Shown: piece after piece, positions 28,437-38,877 of the stretch
Layout of the letters: each line of letters begins with the position of its first letter
Numbering within the stretch: the stretch's first letter is position 1
NCBI GenBank assembly: GCA_035285125.1
Contig: JAYKHR010000117.1
Coordinates: forward strand, 1 to 60,895
DNA: 60,895 nt
Source: Candidatus Sericytochromatia bacterium
GTDB lineage: Bacteria > Cyanobacteriota > Sericytochromatia > S15B-MN24 > JAQBPE01
Reading direction: 5' to 3'
Made by a program: the position numbers and the translations under genes
The notes under the pieces: generated by a model
The model's database searches: none
What the model was told of the DNA's origin: nothing
What the model saw: only the letters and a program-made list of their open reading frames with translations

Positions 28437-29819
28437 TTACCGCTTCAGGTTGAGCAGTTCCTGCAACACCTCGTCCGAGGTCGTGATGACGCGTGAGGCC
28501 GCCTGGAAGCCACGCTGGGTGGTGATCATGTCGGCGAACTGCTCGGCGAGGTCCACGTTGGAGTTCTCGAGCGAGCCGGACAGGATGGAGCCGGCCTCTG
28601 CCTGGGCCGGGGCACGCACCACGGCGTCGCCGGAGTTGTTGGTCTTGATGAAGTTGTTGTCGCCCTCCTTCTGGAGGCCACCAGGGTTCGAGAAGGTGGC
28701 GAGAGCCATCTGGGCCAGGATGCGCTGGCGGCCATTGGAGTAGACGCCGCTGACGATGCCGGCCTTGTCGATTGCCACGCTCGTCAGGTCGCCCCGCGAG
28801 AAGCCGTTCTGGTCGACGGCCACCGCGGTGGTCTCGTTCGCGAACTGGGTGATGCCGACCCCCTCACCGACCTTGCCGAAGTTGGGGGTGATCTTGGTCG
28901 TGGCGACCTCGCCCGAGGCGAGCTTCCAGGCCAGGTCGATGGAACCGGCGGGGTAGGGGTCTCCGACCTTGAGGGTGCCGGGGTTCTTGAGCGTACCGTT
29001 CGCCGTGAAGGCCAGGAGCGCCGTGCCACCGGCCGGGGGCGTGGGGGGAATGGTCGGCGTGGCGATGGCAGCGCCGCCCGCGTCGACGAGGGTGGGGTCG
29101 TTGTTGACGACCTCCCAGGTCCAGTCGGAGGCGGCCGTGTGGGTGAAGCGGAAGGTCACCTGGTGGACGCCGCCGAGTGAGTCGAACACGTCGACGGTGG
29201 TCTCGGTGAAGCTGCCCGGCGGCGGTGGGGCAGCGGCGGCCACGTCCAGGCGCTGGTCGAGGTTGCCCTTGAAGGTGACCTCCGTGGTGCGCCGCGGGGG
29301 GATGAAGGAGCCCTGCGGGACCTTGATCTCGCGGATGGGAACGGCCGGATCGATCTCGTAGTACGACTCGCCGGCCGCGTCCTTGCGCTCGACGGACTGG
29401 TAGCCCATCACCTTGAGGCCGCTGGTGGGGCTCACGAGGTTGCCGTTGCGGTCGAAGTCGAACGAGCCGTTGCGGGTGTAGAAGCGCTGGGGGCCGTCCG
29501 CGAGCATGAAGAAGCCGCTGCCCTGGATGGCGATGTCCGTGACCTTGCCGGTGGTGGCGATCGTGCCCTGCGTGTGGACGGTGTCGATGCTCGCCACCTG
29601 CATGCCGAGGCCCACCTGCCGGACGTTGATGCCACCGCGATCCACGGAGCCGCCAGGCGCCGTCGAGGGGCTGGTCAGCTGCGAGACCGCGTCGGCGAAG
29701 TTGACGCGAGAGAACTTGAAGCCGGTGGTGTTGACGTTCGCGATGTTGTTGGAGATGACGTCCATGCGCGCCTGGTGGTTGCGCATGCCGGTCACGCCCG
29801 TGAAGATCGAACGGATCAT
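28437..29819 (-). CDS. flgE: Flagellar hook protein FlgE
   Basis: MDVISNNIANVNTTGFK; LENSNVDLAEQFADMITTQRGFQAASRVITTSDE; 460 aa. Confidence 0.95.
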   Translation of the reverse strand: MIRSIFTGVTGMRNHQARMDVISNNIANVNTTGFKFSRVNFADAVSQLTSPSTAPGGSVDRGGINVRQVGLGMQVASIDTVHTQGTIATTGKVTDIAIQGSGFFMLADGPQRFYTRNGSFDFDRNGNLVSPTSGLKVMGYQSVERKDAAGESYYEIDPAVPIREIKVPQGSFIPPRRTTEVTFKGNLDQRLDVAAAAPPPPGSFTETTVDVFDSLGGVHQVTFRFTHTAASDWTWEVVNNDPTLVDAGGAAIATPTIPPTPPAGGTALLAFTANGTLKNPGTLKVGDPYPAGSIDLAWKLASGEVATTKITPNFGKVGEGVGITQFANETTAVAVDQNGFSRGDLTSVAIDKAGIVSGVYSNGRQRILAQMALATFSNPGGLQKEGDNNFIKTNNSGDAVVRAPAQAEAGSILSGSLENSNVDLAEQFADMITTQRGFQAASRVITTSDEVLQELLNLKR

Positions 29820-29962
29820 GGGGAAGCTCCTCCTGAACTACCTGCAAGCCGAGGGTTGAGAGAGTCGGGGGCAGGGCGAGGCGCGTTCTGCGCTCGCGGG
29901 GGCTTCCTGGCCCCGCCCGTGGGCGGGGTGTCGGTCCGGCCTGGTGGCTGCCCCCCCGGGGG

Positions 29963-30349
29963 TCACACGATGACGGCGCTGTCGATGTTGGTGAACACGT
30001 TCTCCTTGAGCGCCGCCGGATCGACGGCCGTGATGACGGTGCGGTTGCGGACGCTGACGACGAGGGCAGCCTTCTCCGAGAGCACGAGGGCCTCCCGTGC
30101 GCCCTTGGCGGCGGCGCGCTCGACGCCGGCCTGGATGCGGTCCCAGTCGGCCTTCTCGAGCTGAATCTGCCGGGAGGTGAGGCGGGCCTGGGCGTGCGCG
30201 CTGACCTTGAGCGGGGCCTCGGCCAGCTTCTCCGTGAAGACCTCGCCGAAGCTCGGTCCCGCGGGAGCCGCCGGCTTGCGAGCCGGGGCGCCGGGGCCGA
30301 GGGGCCCGACGGGGCCCAGCGGGGCGTTGAAGAAGACCTCGTCCACCAT
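29963..30349 (-). CDS. TIGR02530 family flagellar operon protein
   Basis: LKVSAHAQARL..R; KGAREALVL; VSVRNRTVITA; ENVFTNIDSAVI. Confidence 0.9.
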   Translation of the reverse strand: MVDEVFFNAPLGPVGPLGPGAPARKPAAPAGPSFGEVFTEKLAEAPLKVSAHAQARLTSRQIQLEKADWDRIQAGVERAAAKGAREALVLSEKAALVVSVRNRTVITAVDPAALKENVFTNIDSAVIV

Positions 30350-30370
30350 CTCGGGTGCTCCGCGCCGGGC

Positions 30371-30823
30371 TCAGCCGGCGGCCTTGGTCGGCACGTTGGT
30401 CACAGACTGGATGGTGGAGGCGTCGTATTCCTTGTCGCCAACCACGACCTTGGTGACGCCTCCCACCTGCCGGACCTCGGACACGACGCCCTTCACGGTC
30501 TCCGAGTTCTCCCCCGGCGTCACGAGGGTGACGTGCTTCCCGATCATGGTGCTCGCCTGGCTCAGGGAGGCGAACTGGGTCTGGGCCTCCATCAGCTTGT
30601 TGAGGTTCTGCATCTGCTCCAGCGAGGAGAACTGGGCCATCTCGGCGATGAACGCCGAGTCCTCCATCGGCTTGAGCGGATCCTGGTTCTTGAGCTGCGT
30701 GGTGAGCAGGCGCAGGAAGGCGTCCTTGCCCAGGTCCTTGGATGCAAGCCTGGCGTTGCTCTTGGCCTCGGCCTGGCCGAGCAGGGAGCTCAGCGAGCCA
30801 ACGAGGGCGGTGCCTGTGGGCAT
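30371..30823 (-). CDS. flgD: Hook-capping protein FlgD
   Basis: [39 protein letters not shown]. Confidence 0.95.
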   Translation of the reverse strand: MPTGTALVGSLSSLLGQAEAKSNARLASKDLGKDAFLRLLTTQLKNQDPLKPMEDSAFIAEMAQFSSLEQMQNLNKLMEAQTQFASLSQASTMIGKHVTLVTPGENSETVKGVVSEVRQVGGVTKVVVGDKEYDASTIQSVTNVPTKAAG

Positions 30824-30855
30824 GAAGGTTCCTCCTTCTGGTGGGGACAGTGGGT

Positions 30856-30883
30856 CTATCGGCAGCGCAGCCTGGAGGCTTGA
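30856..30883 (-). promoter_or_regulatory. Sigma28-type promoter upstream of flgD
   Basis: TCAAG-N15-GCCGATAG. Confidence 0.7.
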
Positions 30884-30898
30884 GCGCAGCCTGGAGGC
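30864..30898. repeat. 16-bp direct repeat
   Basis: AGCGCAGCCTGGAGGC at 30864-30879 and 30883-30898. Confidence 0.85.
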
Positions 30899-30938
30899 AG
30901 TCGGCGGGGAGGCCGGGGGCCAACCTCTCCGCCATCGC

Positions 30939-32321
30939 TCACGCGACGAAGTTGATCGCTGAAACGCCGGCGCCCGCGGCGTAGGCCGCCGCACCCGCTG
31001 CCGCCTCGTCCCCCGCCCCGCCGCTCCAGCCGTCATAGCCGCCGGAGAAGCGCGGGCCCTGCGAGGGCTGCTGGCCAGAGCCCTGGCCGCGGGGATCGGC
31101 GAAGGCCGAGCCCCCCATGTCGAACCCGCCGAGGCCCGAGCTGCTCAGCGCGACCTCCACGCGGTCGACCTTGATGCCCATCTCCTGCAGGCTGCGCTGG
31201 AGGCCGACGAGCTGGGTCTCGAGCATGCCCTTCACCTGCGCGGAGTCTGCCGTCAGCTGGGCGCTCAGGACGCCCTGATGGGCCATGACCTTGATCTCGA
31301 GCTTGCCGAGGTGCTCGGGGTACAGCTGCAGCTTGATGGTGTTTTGCTGCTGCGCCTTCATGAGCTCGGCCTGCTTGAGGATCTGGGGCAGGACCTCATC
31401 AGGCCGAGCGGCCTGGGTGGCGGCCTGAGGCTGGGCCGTGGCCCGGCTCGCCTCCCCGCCGCTGGCCTTCTCCGGCGCCGCGTTGAGCGTCGTCGGGCCG
31501 CTGGTGGCCTCGGCAGGGGCGGCCTCCGCCGTGGGCTCGGCCTCCTCGGAGGCGGCTGCGGTCACGAGGGCAGCCGTTTCGAGGCTCATCGCCTCGTCCG
31601 ACAGCTGCACCGGGGTGATCGACCCCATCGTGACCGGTGCCGCCTCGGCGTCGGGCTGGGCCTCAACCCAGTTCAGAAACGGGTCGACCGGGGCCACCGG
31701 CCCCGTGGCCTGGGTGGTCCCGACCTGGACCGCCTTCACGTTCACGGCCTGCGCCGCCTGCGTGAGGGCGGAAGGGGCGGCCTGGCCCGGCTGGGGCCCC
31801 GCCGGGGTAGCCACCGCCACCTGCGCCGCGAGCTGGGCCACGGCCTGCGGCAGGGCCGCCGCCGGGGTGCCCGCGGTGCCGAGCGCCGCCGCGGCAGCCA
31901 GGGCCGGGTTGGGCGCCGCGGCGGTCGGCGCCGCAGCCTGCGTGGGGGGAAGCTGGAACATCACCACCTGAACCTGGAGGTTCAGCTGCGCCTGGCCGAC
32001 AGCGTCTGCCGCCACCTGAGGCTGCCCAGCCTGGTCCTCGGCGGGCGCGTCGGGCGAGGTGGCACCGTCCGAGGCGACCTCGGTCGAGGCGGCCTCGGTC
32101 GAGTCGGGCTCTGGTGCCGCGTTCGGCTCCGAGGGGGGGGCGGCCGTGGCGCCGGCATCCCGGTCTTGCGAGACCTCGGGACGCTCGGGGCGGGGGGCCT
32201 GCTGGGGCCGCTCGGCGGCGGTCATCGCGGCGCCGAAGTCACCGCCGGGTTTTCGGGTGCCGGGTGGAGCAGCTGCTGGCCTTGCGGCCAGGAACCCACC
32301 CTCGATCGCGAGCTGGGGCAC
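30939..32321 (-). CDS. fliK: Hook-length control protein FliK
   Basis: Long A/P/Q-rich N-region; [29 protein letters not shown] before GTG at 32321. Confidence 0.88.
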   Translation of the reverse strand: MPQLAIEGGFLAARPAAAPPGTRKPGGDFGAAMTAAERPQQAPRPERPEVSQDRDAGATAAPPSEPNAAPEPDSTEAASTEVASDGATSPDAPAEDQAGQPQVAADAVGQAQLNLQVQVVMFQLPPTQAAAPTAAAPNPALAAAAALGTAGTPAAALPQAVAQLAAQVAVATPAGPQPGQAAPSALTQAAQAVNVKAVQVGTTQATGPVAPVDPFLNWVEAQPDAEAAPVTMGSITPVQLSDEAMSLETAALVTAAASEEAEPTAEAAPAEATSGPTTLNAAPEKASGGEASRATAQPQAATQAARPDEVLPQILKQAELMKAQQQNTIKLQLYPEHLGKLEIKVMAHQGVLSAQLTADSAQVKGMLETQLVGLQRSLQEMGIKVDRVEVALSSSGLGGFDMGGSAFADPRGQGSGQQPSQGPRFSGGYDGWSGGAGDEAAAGAAAYAAGAGVSAINFVA

Positions 32322-32375
32322 GAGAGGCCACCTCCTTCGATCGTGCGCCGGGGCGCACCTGGGGATGCACCCCAT

Positions 32376-32402
32376 GTATCGGCGCCCCCGAAGGGACCTT
32401 GA
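32376..32402 (-). promoter_or_regulatory. Sigma28-type promoter upstream of fliK
   Basis: TCAAG-N14-GCCGATAC. Confidence 0.75.
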
Positions 32403-32419
32403 GGGGCCCGTAAGCCCCG

Positions 32420-32866
32420 TCACACGCTCCGGCGGGTGTGGCGCAGCGTGGCAATCTCGTCGAGCAGGGCCGCCTCGGCCCGGTCCAACGACCGGCGCCA
32501 GGCCTCGAAGTCCCGAGCCTTGAGGCGCCGCAGCACCTCGGCCTCCTGCTGCGTCACGAGCAGGACCTCTCGCTGGTTCAGCACCCGCGCCTCGCAGGCC
32601 TCCAGGCGGCGCCGAGCCGCCTCGATCCGGGCGGCGTGGGCGTCCAGACAGCCGTGCATGGTCAGCACGTGGTCAAGCTCGAGCCGCCCACCGAGCTCCG
32701 CGGCGAAGGCCTGGCGAGAGGCCTCAGCCTCCGACTCGAGCCGCGCGAGGTCCGCAGCCTCGGCGGCCTGGTCGCCCAGCAGGCGCCGGAGCTTCTCCTC
32801 CTCGCGGCGCTGGGCCTGCTCGCGCACCTCCAGGAGCGTCTGATACCGGAAGGCGAACCGCTTCAT
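32420..32866 (-). CDS. fliJ: Flagellar export chaperone FliJ
   Basis: MKRFAFRYQTLLEVRE; coiled coil; E..LLDE near the C-terminus; upstream of fliK. Confidence 0.85.
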   Translation of the reverse strand: MKRFAFRYQTLLEVREQAQRREEEKLRRLLGDQAAEAADLARLESEAEASRQAFAAELGGRLELDHVLTMHGCLDAHAARIEAARRRLEACEARVLNQREVLLVTQQEAEVLRRLKARDFEAWRRSLDRAEAALLDEIATLRHTRRSV

Positions 32867-33885
32867 GCCCCCCGTTGTACCACGGCCGCGCCGGGAGGGC
32901 TGTGATGGGACGGACGCGGCCAGCAGCGCGAGGCGACCCCCAGGGCACGCTGCAGCCACCCCTGGCGCTCCAGCCGCCCGAACACGACGGGCTGGCCCCC
33001 GAGGCTCTCCTTGTAGGTCGCCACGGCCGCGAGGCGGCCGCTCGGCAGGCAGTCCAGCTGCCGCACGCCGCGGGCGTGCAGCGCCTCCAGGGAGTCTGCC
33101 ATCAGCAGGGTCCCGGGGTTCGAGCCGTTGTGGTCGGGGTGGGTCGCGAGGTGCAGCTGCAAGGCGGCGCCCGCCCCCAGCGCGATCAGCTGGAACCCGA
33201 TGGGTGTGCCCCCCTCCCAGACCAGGCACAGCAGCAGGTCCGCCCGCCCCTCCGCCAGGAGGGTCCGAAACCACCGCGCGTCGCGCACCCACCGCGTGTA
33301 CTGCCAGCGAGCCGCGTGGGCCGCATACAGCGGGAAGAACGTGGCCACCGCGGCGGGCGCCGGCGCCTCCTCGACCGTGACGCGCAGGCCCGCCCGCCGG
33401 GCCTGCCGAACGTGCCGCCGCCGCGTGGCGCTGAAGCCCGCCAGCTGAACCTCGGCCGGCAGCACCGGGATCACGCGCGTGGCGTCGAGCGTCGGGTCCG
33501 GCGCCTCAGGCACGGCCCCGCCGAGCGCGTGGGGGTTGCCCACCACGCAAAGGTCGCGATGGCGCGCCCAGAGGGCCTGCACCACCTCGCGATGCTCCCG
33601 GGCCGTCAGGGTTCGCGGCGCCAACACCCCCCCGTAGCCGCCCTCCACCCCGCACTCGGCCCGCCGCAGCAGCCCGCGGCCCACGCGTCGCACGAGCCGC
33701 GGCACCACGATCTCCTCCCCGCCAGGCAGGCGAAAGCCCAAGGGGCTCGGGAGGCCCCCCAAGCCCGCCGCCACCGCCCCGTACCACGCGGGCGACTGAA
33801 AGAAGGTGGCGTCGGGGCAGGCCCGGTAGGCCCGCTCCCACGACGCCAGGGTCACGTCCATCAGCTCCATCGGCACCCCCGTCAC
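32863..33885 (-). CDS. GNAT/FemAB-like acyltransferase
   Basis: ATFFQSPAW; RRRHVRQARRAGLRV; NPGTLL; YKESLGG. Confidence 0.75.
   Translation of the reverse strand: MTGVPMELMDVTLASWERAYRACPDATFFQSPAWYGAVAAGLGGLPSPLGFRLPGGEEIVVPRLVRRVGRGLLRRAECGVEGGYGGVLAPRTLTAREHREVVQALWARHRDLCVVGNPHALGGAVPEAPDPTLDATRVIPVLPAEVQLAGFSATRRRHVRQARRAGLRVTVEEAPAPAAVATFFPLYAAHAARWQYTRWVRDARWFRTLLAEGRADLLLCLVWEGGTPIGFQLIALGAGAALQLHLATHPDHNGSNPGTLLMADSLEALHARGVRQLDCLPSGRLAAVATYKESLGGQPVVFGRLERQGWLQRALGVASRCWPRPSHHSPPGAAVVQRGA
32874..32916 (-). promoter_or_regulatory. CRP-type half-site plus extended -10 directly upstream of fliJ
   Basis: TGTGA at 32901-32905, 21 nt from TG-g-TACAAC (32879-32874); implies a near-leaderless fliJ mRNA. 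Confidence 0.45.
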
Positions 33886-33955
33886 GCCCGCTGGCGTCTG
33901 CGCCGAGCGTAACGCCTCAGGGCGCCTCAGGCCTGTCGGGGAGGGACAGCGAGGT

Positions 33956-34735
33956 TCAGCCGCCAGGGCTGAAGCGGTGCACCTTGGAGGGGCGGTGGTC
34001 GATGGCGGTGACGCGGCTGGGCTCCTGGCCCCCCGTGGTGCGGACGGCCGAAACCGTCCAGCGGTGCACCACCCCGCGCTGCAGGGTGGCGTCGCCCTCG
34101 GTGGGCAGCACGTCGGGGAACTTCTCCAGCGCCACGGGGCTGCGATCGCCCAGCTTCAGAGAGGTGCTGGGGGTGAGGGCCGCGTAGACGACGCGGTCGT
34201 CGTTGGCCCGCCAGACCTTCACGTAGTACCAGGTCGCGGCATCCACCCGCTCCCAGCTGAGGGTCGGCACCTCGTCCACGCCGAGGACGGCGTTGTCCGC
34301 CGGTTTCAGCCCGGCGGGCGCGGGGACCTCGTCCTTCAGCACGACCACGGCCTTCTCGTCGGAGGCCGTGAGGAGCTTGCTGTCGCCGGCCAGGGCCTGC
34401 ACCTTGTAAGAGGCGCCCTGCCCGGCCCCCAGCGCGTCGTCGACCCAGCCCGGAGCTTGCAAGGAGGCCTTCACGCTGGCCTGGCCCCCCTCGAACCGCC
34501 GGATGACCTCGTAGATCCGGGCGTTGGGGGCTGCCGGCCAGCGCACGTGGATCCGGTGGCGGGGGGTCAGGGTCTCGGTGTCCACCGTGGTGACGGCCAG
34601 CACGTCGAGCGGCAACAGGCCGGAGGGGCTGCCTGCCGAGGTCGGACCGGCCCCCTTGACGGGGGTGCAGCCGACGAGCCCGAGGCAGGCAAGCAGCGAC
34701 AGGGCCAGGCGTTGGGGACGGGACACGGTCATCAC
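33956..34735 (-). CDS. Lipoprotein with fibronectin III-like beta domains
   Basis: Lipobox LVGC; W..APNARIYEV, YKVQA, TLSW....ATWYYVKV patterns. Confidence 0.6.
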   Translation of the reverse strand: MMTVSRPQRLALSLLACLGLVGCTPVKGAGPTSAGSPSGLLPLDVLAVTTVDTETLTPRHRIHVRWPAAPNARIYEVIRRFEGGQASVKASLQAPGWVDDALGAGQGASYKVQALAGDSKLLTASDEKAVVVLKDEVPAPAGLKPADNAVLGVDEVPTLSWERVDAATWYYVKVWRANDDRVVYAALTPSTSLKLGDRSPVALEKFPDVLPTEGDATLQRGVVHRWTVSAVRTTGGQEPSRVTAIDHRPSKVHRFSPGG

Positions 34736-34759
34736 CTCGGGGCGGGGTAGGGGCGCTTC

Positions 34760-34803
34760 ATCGTAGCGCAGCGAGCGGGACGGGCGGTGTGATACGTGCC
34801 GCC
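34760..34803 (-). promoter_or_regulatory. CRP-type site plus -10 upstream of the lipoprotein
   Basis: TGTGA-N6-CCGCC (34788-34803), 22 nt from TACGAT (34765-34760). Confidence 0.5.
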
Positions 34804-34819
34804 GGGGCAGGGCCGCGGC

Positions 34820-35515
34820 TCAGACCATCATCTCGCGCAGCTTGTCCTCGTTGCGCAGCGTGAGGCGGTTCTTCTCGAGGTGGATGATGCCCCGGTCCTG
34901 GTAGTCCATCAGCACGCGCGTCAGGGTCTCCCGGCTGGTGCCGGCGAGGCTGGCGAGTTCCTGCCGGGTCATCGTGCTGGTGAACGACAGCCCCTCCGGC
35001 GTCTGCTCCCCGTGCTCCTTGCCGAGCTCCAGCAGCAGCCGGGCCACGCGGCCCGGGGCCGAGAGGAACGCCAGGCTCTCCATGTTGCGGTCCGCCGTTC
35101 GGAGGCGCTGAGAGAGGGTCACGAGGAGCTTCAGCGCGATCTCCGGGTTGGAGCGGAGCAGGCGCAGGAAGTCGTCCCGTTGCACCGTGACCATCTGGAC
35201 GTCTTCCACGGAGATCGCGGAGGCGGAGCGAGAGAGGCCGTCAATGAGGCTCATCTCACCGAAGAAGTCGCCGTCTTGGAGCACGCCCAGGATGTGCTCC
35301 CGGCCGTCGTCCGCGTTCACGACGATCTTGACCTTGCCCCGCACGATGACGTAGCACGCCGTGCCGGGATCATCCTCGTAGAAGATGACGTTGCCGCGGC
35401 CGAAGCTGCGGCTCCGGGCGACGGCAGCCAGCTGGTCGAGCTCGCTGGCGTCCAGGTCCGCAAAGAGCGGCACCTGCTGCAAGGAGGCCTTGATGTCGGA
35501 GGCACGTATCGCCAT
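34820..35515 (-). CDS. Crp/Fnr family transcriptional regulator
   Basis: cNMP pocket FFGEMSLIDGLSRSASA; HTH TRQELASLAGTSRETLTRVL. Confidence 0.95.
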   Translation of the reverse strand: MAIRASDIKASLQQVPLFADLDASELDQLAAVARSRSFGRGNVIFYEDDPGTACYVIVRGKVKIVVNADDGREHILGVLQDGDFFGEMSLIDGLSRSASAISVEDVQMVTVQRDDFLRLLRSNPEIALKLLVTLSQRLRTADRNMESLAFLSAPGRVARLLLELGKEHGEQTPEGLSFTSTMTRQELASLAGTSRETLTRVLMDYQDRGIIHLEKNRLTLRNEDKLREMMV

Positions 35516-35616
35516 CGTTCGCCCTCGTGAACCCCGGGTGAGGCCCTGTGGACAACGTTCCCACCCGCGCTGCGCCAAGATCTTAGCACGTCCGGCAGCA
35601 GGCCGGGGAGCTTCCG

Positions 35617-36477
35617 TCAGGAGCGCACGGGGGCCGCCCGCCCCGCCAGGCGACGCCAAGCGTCGAGCGTCTCGTCCGTCGCCTCCTCCGGGATGCGCAG
35701 CGAGAGGCGCACCACGAGGTCTCCGCGCCGGGCGCCCGGGGGGCCGGGGAGGCCGAGCCCCGCCAGGCGATGCTCGCTGCCGCCCTGCGTGCCGGGCGCG
35801 AGGCGCAGCGGCACCGGCCCCTGCAGCGAGGGCACAAGGACCTCGGCGCCGAGCACCGCGTCGAAGACGGACACGGGGAGCTCCACCCGCAAATCCTTGC
35901 CCTCGCGGGTGAGGGCCGCGTGGGGCAGCACGGCGACGCGGACGAGCAGGTCGCCCGGGGGGCCCCCGAAGTCGCCGGGGTCGCCCTCCCCGCGCATCCG
36001 CACGCGCGCCCCCGACTCGATCCCGGCCGGCAGCCGCACGCGCAGCCGGCGCGTCTCGCCGCTCGGCGGCGTCAGCACGACGACCACGGAGGAGCCCTCG
36101 GCAACCTCCTCCAGCGTCACCTCCGCCGTGACCTCGAGATCGGCGCCCCGGCGGGGCGGGTTGGCCGCGGCGCCGAGGGCCTCCGCGGCTGCATCGAAGA
36201 GGGCGCCGAAGAGGCTCTCGAGGCCCTCCGGCTGGGGCGCCTTGCGGCCCGCCACCCGGGGCCCTCCCCAGGTGGTCTGGGCGTCGTAGGCCTCGCGTCG
36301 CTGGCGATCGCCGAGCGTGTCATAGGCCTCGGTGAGGGCCTTGAAACGCGCCTCCGCGGACGGGTCTCCCGGGTTGAAGTCGGGGTGGTGCCGCCGGGCG
36401 AGGCGACGGTAGGCCTTGCGCAGCTCGTCCTCGGTGGCGTCGCGGCCGACACCCAGGGTCTTGTAGTAGTCCTTCAC
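35617..36477 (-). CDS. DnaJ-class chaperone (CbpA-like, no zinc finger)
   Basis: KDYYKTLGV, HPD motif, DnaJ C-terminal domain; TGCTATAAT upstream. Confidence 0.92.
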   Translation of the reverse strand: MKDYYKTLGVGRDATEDELRKAYRRLARRHHPDFNPGDPSAEARFKALTEAYDTLGDRQRREAYDAQTTWGGPRVAGRKAPQPEGLESLFGALFDAAAEALGAAANPPRRGADLEVTAEVTLEEVAEGSSVVVVLTPPSGETRRLRVRLPAGIESGARVRMRGEGDPGDFGGPPGDLLVRVAVLPHAALTREGKDLRVELPVSVFDAVLGAEVLVPSLQGPVPLRLAPGTQGGSEHRLAGLGLPGPPGARRGDLVVRLSLRIPEEATDETLDAWRRLAGRAAPVRS

Positions 36478-36752
36478 CCGCTGCCCCCCACGCAGGACGC
36501 CCCCCCGGCACGGGAGGGCGTCTCGGGCCCAACGGCCGTCCAAACTTGCGACCGGGCACCCCCACAACACCCGCGGTGAACCGCTTATCGCTGCTCCCTT
36601 CCGGGCCTGACGAGGTTCACGGGCCGCGCCGCATGGGACCCGGTCTCTCACATTATAGCACGCCGCGCGCCTCAGGGCAGGTCGCTGGCCCGCCACCGGC
36701 CGATTTGCTATGCTGGCCGCTCCGATTTTCGTGCCGCTCGGAGGATGTCCCC

Positions 36753-37781
36753 GTGACCTTGCCCCGCTGGAAGGCCCCCTGGCCCCTGCTGCTGCTCGCG
36801 GCCCTCGCCAGTCCGATGGCCGCCGCCCCTTCGCAGGCCCGCGCCGCCGAGCTGCCCGCCATCGCGGACCTCGTGGAGCGGGTGGACGGCGCGGTGGTCA
36901 GCATCGACACCGTGGCCCGGGCCGTGCGCGACCCGTTCTTCGACCTGTTCCCCGAGGAAGGGATGGGGGTGCCCGAGCAGAAGGGCGTGGGCTCGGGCTT
37001 CGTGGTCGATGCCGAGGGCCTGATCGTCACGAACCACCACGTGATCCGGGGGGCCACCGAGATCCGCGTGACCACGGCCCAGGGGCGGACCTACCGGGGC
37101 CGCGTTATCGGCGCTGACCCGACGACGGACCTCGCGCTGCTGAAGGTGCAGGCCCGCGGCCTGCCGGCCTTGCGCTTCCGCACGGACGAGCACCTCCGCG
37201 TGGGCGAGTGGGTCGTGGCGATCGGCTCCCCCCTGGGCCTCTCACACACCGTCTCGGCTGGCATCATCAGCGCCACCAACCGCGGCATCGCCCTCAGCGA
37301 CCGCGTGAACTACCTCCAGACCGATGCCGCCATCAACCCCGGCAACTCGGGCGGCCCCCTCATCGACATGGACGGCCGGGTGGTCGGCGTCAACGTCGCC
37401 GTCGCGGCCCGCGGGCAGGGCATCGGCTTCGCGATCCCCGCCTGGATCGCCCGCCCCGTCATCGAGCAGCTGCGCACCCGGGGGCGCGTGGAGCGGCCGT
37501 GGCTGGGCGTCTCGATCCGCGACGCCCAGGCGGGTGACGAGCGCGGCGTGCTGATCGTGGGGCTGGCGCAGGGCGGCCCCGCGCAGCGGGCGGGCCTGCA
37601 GCCGGGGGACGTCGTCTTGCGGGTGGACAACCAGCCCGTGCGCGCCGCGCGGGACCTCCTCACCTACCTGAACGCCCGCGCCGTCGGCGCCCGCATCACG
37701 CTGCAGGTGGAGCGAGACGGCCAGCGCGTCGCGCTCGAGGTCCAGCTGCAGGCCGTGCCCGAGGCCGCGCCGAGGCGCTGA
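36753..37781 (+). CDS. HtrA/DegP family serine protease with one PDZ domain
   Basis: GSGFVV, TNHHV, DLALL, QTDAAINPGNSGGPL. Confidence 0.95.
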   Translation: MTLPRWKAPWPLLLLAALASPMAAAPSQARAAELPAIADLVERVDGAVVSIDTVARAVRDPFFDLFPEEGMGVPEQKGVGSGFVVDAEGLIVTNHHVIRGATEIRVTTAQGRTYRGRVIGADPTTDLALLKVQARGLPALRFRTDEHLRVGEWVVAIGSPLGLSHTVSAGIISATNRGIALSDRVNYLQTDAAINPGNSGGPLIDMDGRVVGVNVAVAARGQGIGFAIPAWIARPVIEQLRTRGRVERPWLGVSIRDAQAGDERGVLIVGLAQGGPAQRAGLQPGDVVLRVDNQPVRAARDLLTYLNARAVGARITLQVERDGQRVALEVQLQAVPEAAPRR

Positions 37782-37953
37782 TGGTGCAGGGTGCACAGCC
37801 CGGGCCGTGCGCCCGAGACTGGCCATCGCCGCCAGGCATGCCCCAAGATGAGCCACCGGGCCGCGCCTCACGTGGTGGGCCCCAGGCAGGGACCGGGAAC
37901 AAGGCGCGGGGGGCCCGTGGGGCCAGCCCCAGCCATCCGGGAGGTGAGAGGAC

Positions 37954-38877
37954 ATGACGCGCAAGGGCATCCTGCTCGCCGGGGGCGCCGGCACCCGGCT
38001 TCACCCGCTGACGCTGGCAAGCTCGAAGCAGCTGCTGCCGGTCTACGACAAGCCGATGGTGTACTACCCCCTCAGCACGCTCATGCTGGCCGGCATCCGC
38101 GAGATCCTCATCATCACCACGCCGCACGACCAGGCGGCCTTCCGGACGCTGCTGGGGGACGGCTCCGCGTGGGGGCTGTCGCTGAGCTACGCCGTGCAGC
38201 CCTCCCCTGACGGGCTCGCCCAGGCCTTCGTGATCGGGCGGTCGTTCGTGGGAGGCGACCCTGTCGCCCTCGTGCTCGGCGACAACATCTTCTACGGCGA
38301 CAGCCTGAGCCGGGCGCTGCAGCAGGCGGCCGCCCAGGAGGCGGGCGCCACCGTGTTCGGGTACTGGGTGCGGGATCCGGAGCGCTACGGCGTCGTGACG
38401 TTCGATGCCGCGGGCCAGGCCGTCGCCATCGAGGAGAAGCCGCCGCAGCCGCGCAGCAACTACGCCGTGACGGGCCTCTACTTCTACGACAACGCCGTCC
38501 TCGACGTCGCAGCCACCATCCGGCCCTCGGCGCGCGGCGAGCTCGAGATCACGGACGTCAACCAGCGCTACCTCGAGGCGGGGGCGCTTCGCGTCGAGGT
38601 GCTGCGCCGGGGCAACGCCTGGCTCGACACGGGCACCGTCGAGTCCTTACTGGCGGCCTCGCACTTCATCCAGGTCATCGAGGAACGCCAGGGCCTGAAG
38701 GTCGGGTGCCCCGAGGAGGTGGCCTGGCGGATGGGGTGGATCGACGACGCGCAGCTCGAGCGGCTCGCGGGCCACCTGGCGAAGTCCGCCTACGGGCGCT
38801 ACCTGGGGCAGCTGCTGGAGAGCCGGGAGCCTGGCCTCCACCTGGCGGGCTCCGGCCTGGGGGGGGAGCGGCCGTGA
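37954..38877 (+). CDS. rfbA: Glucose-1-phosphate thymidylyltransferase
   Basis: [38 protein letters not shown]. Confidence 0.97.
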   Translation: MTRKGILLAGGAGTRLHPLTLASSKQLLPVYDKPMVYYPLSTLMLAGIREILIITTPHDQAAFRTLLGDGSAWGLSLSYAVQPSPDGLAQAFVIGRSFVGGDPVALVLGDNIFYGDSLSRALQQAAAQEAGATVFGYWVRDPERYGVVTFDAAGQAVAIEEKPPQPRSNYAVTGLYFYDNAVLDVAATIRPSARGELEITDVNQRYLEAGALRVEVLRRGNAWLDTGTVESLLAASHFIQVIEERQGLKVGCPEEVAWRMGWIDDAQLERLAGHLAKSAYGRYLGQLLESREPGLHLAGSGLGGERP

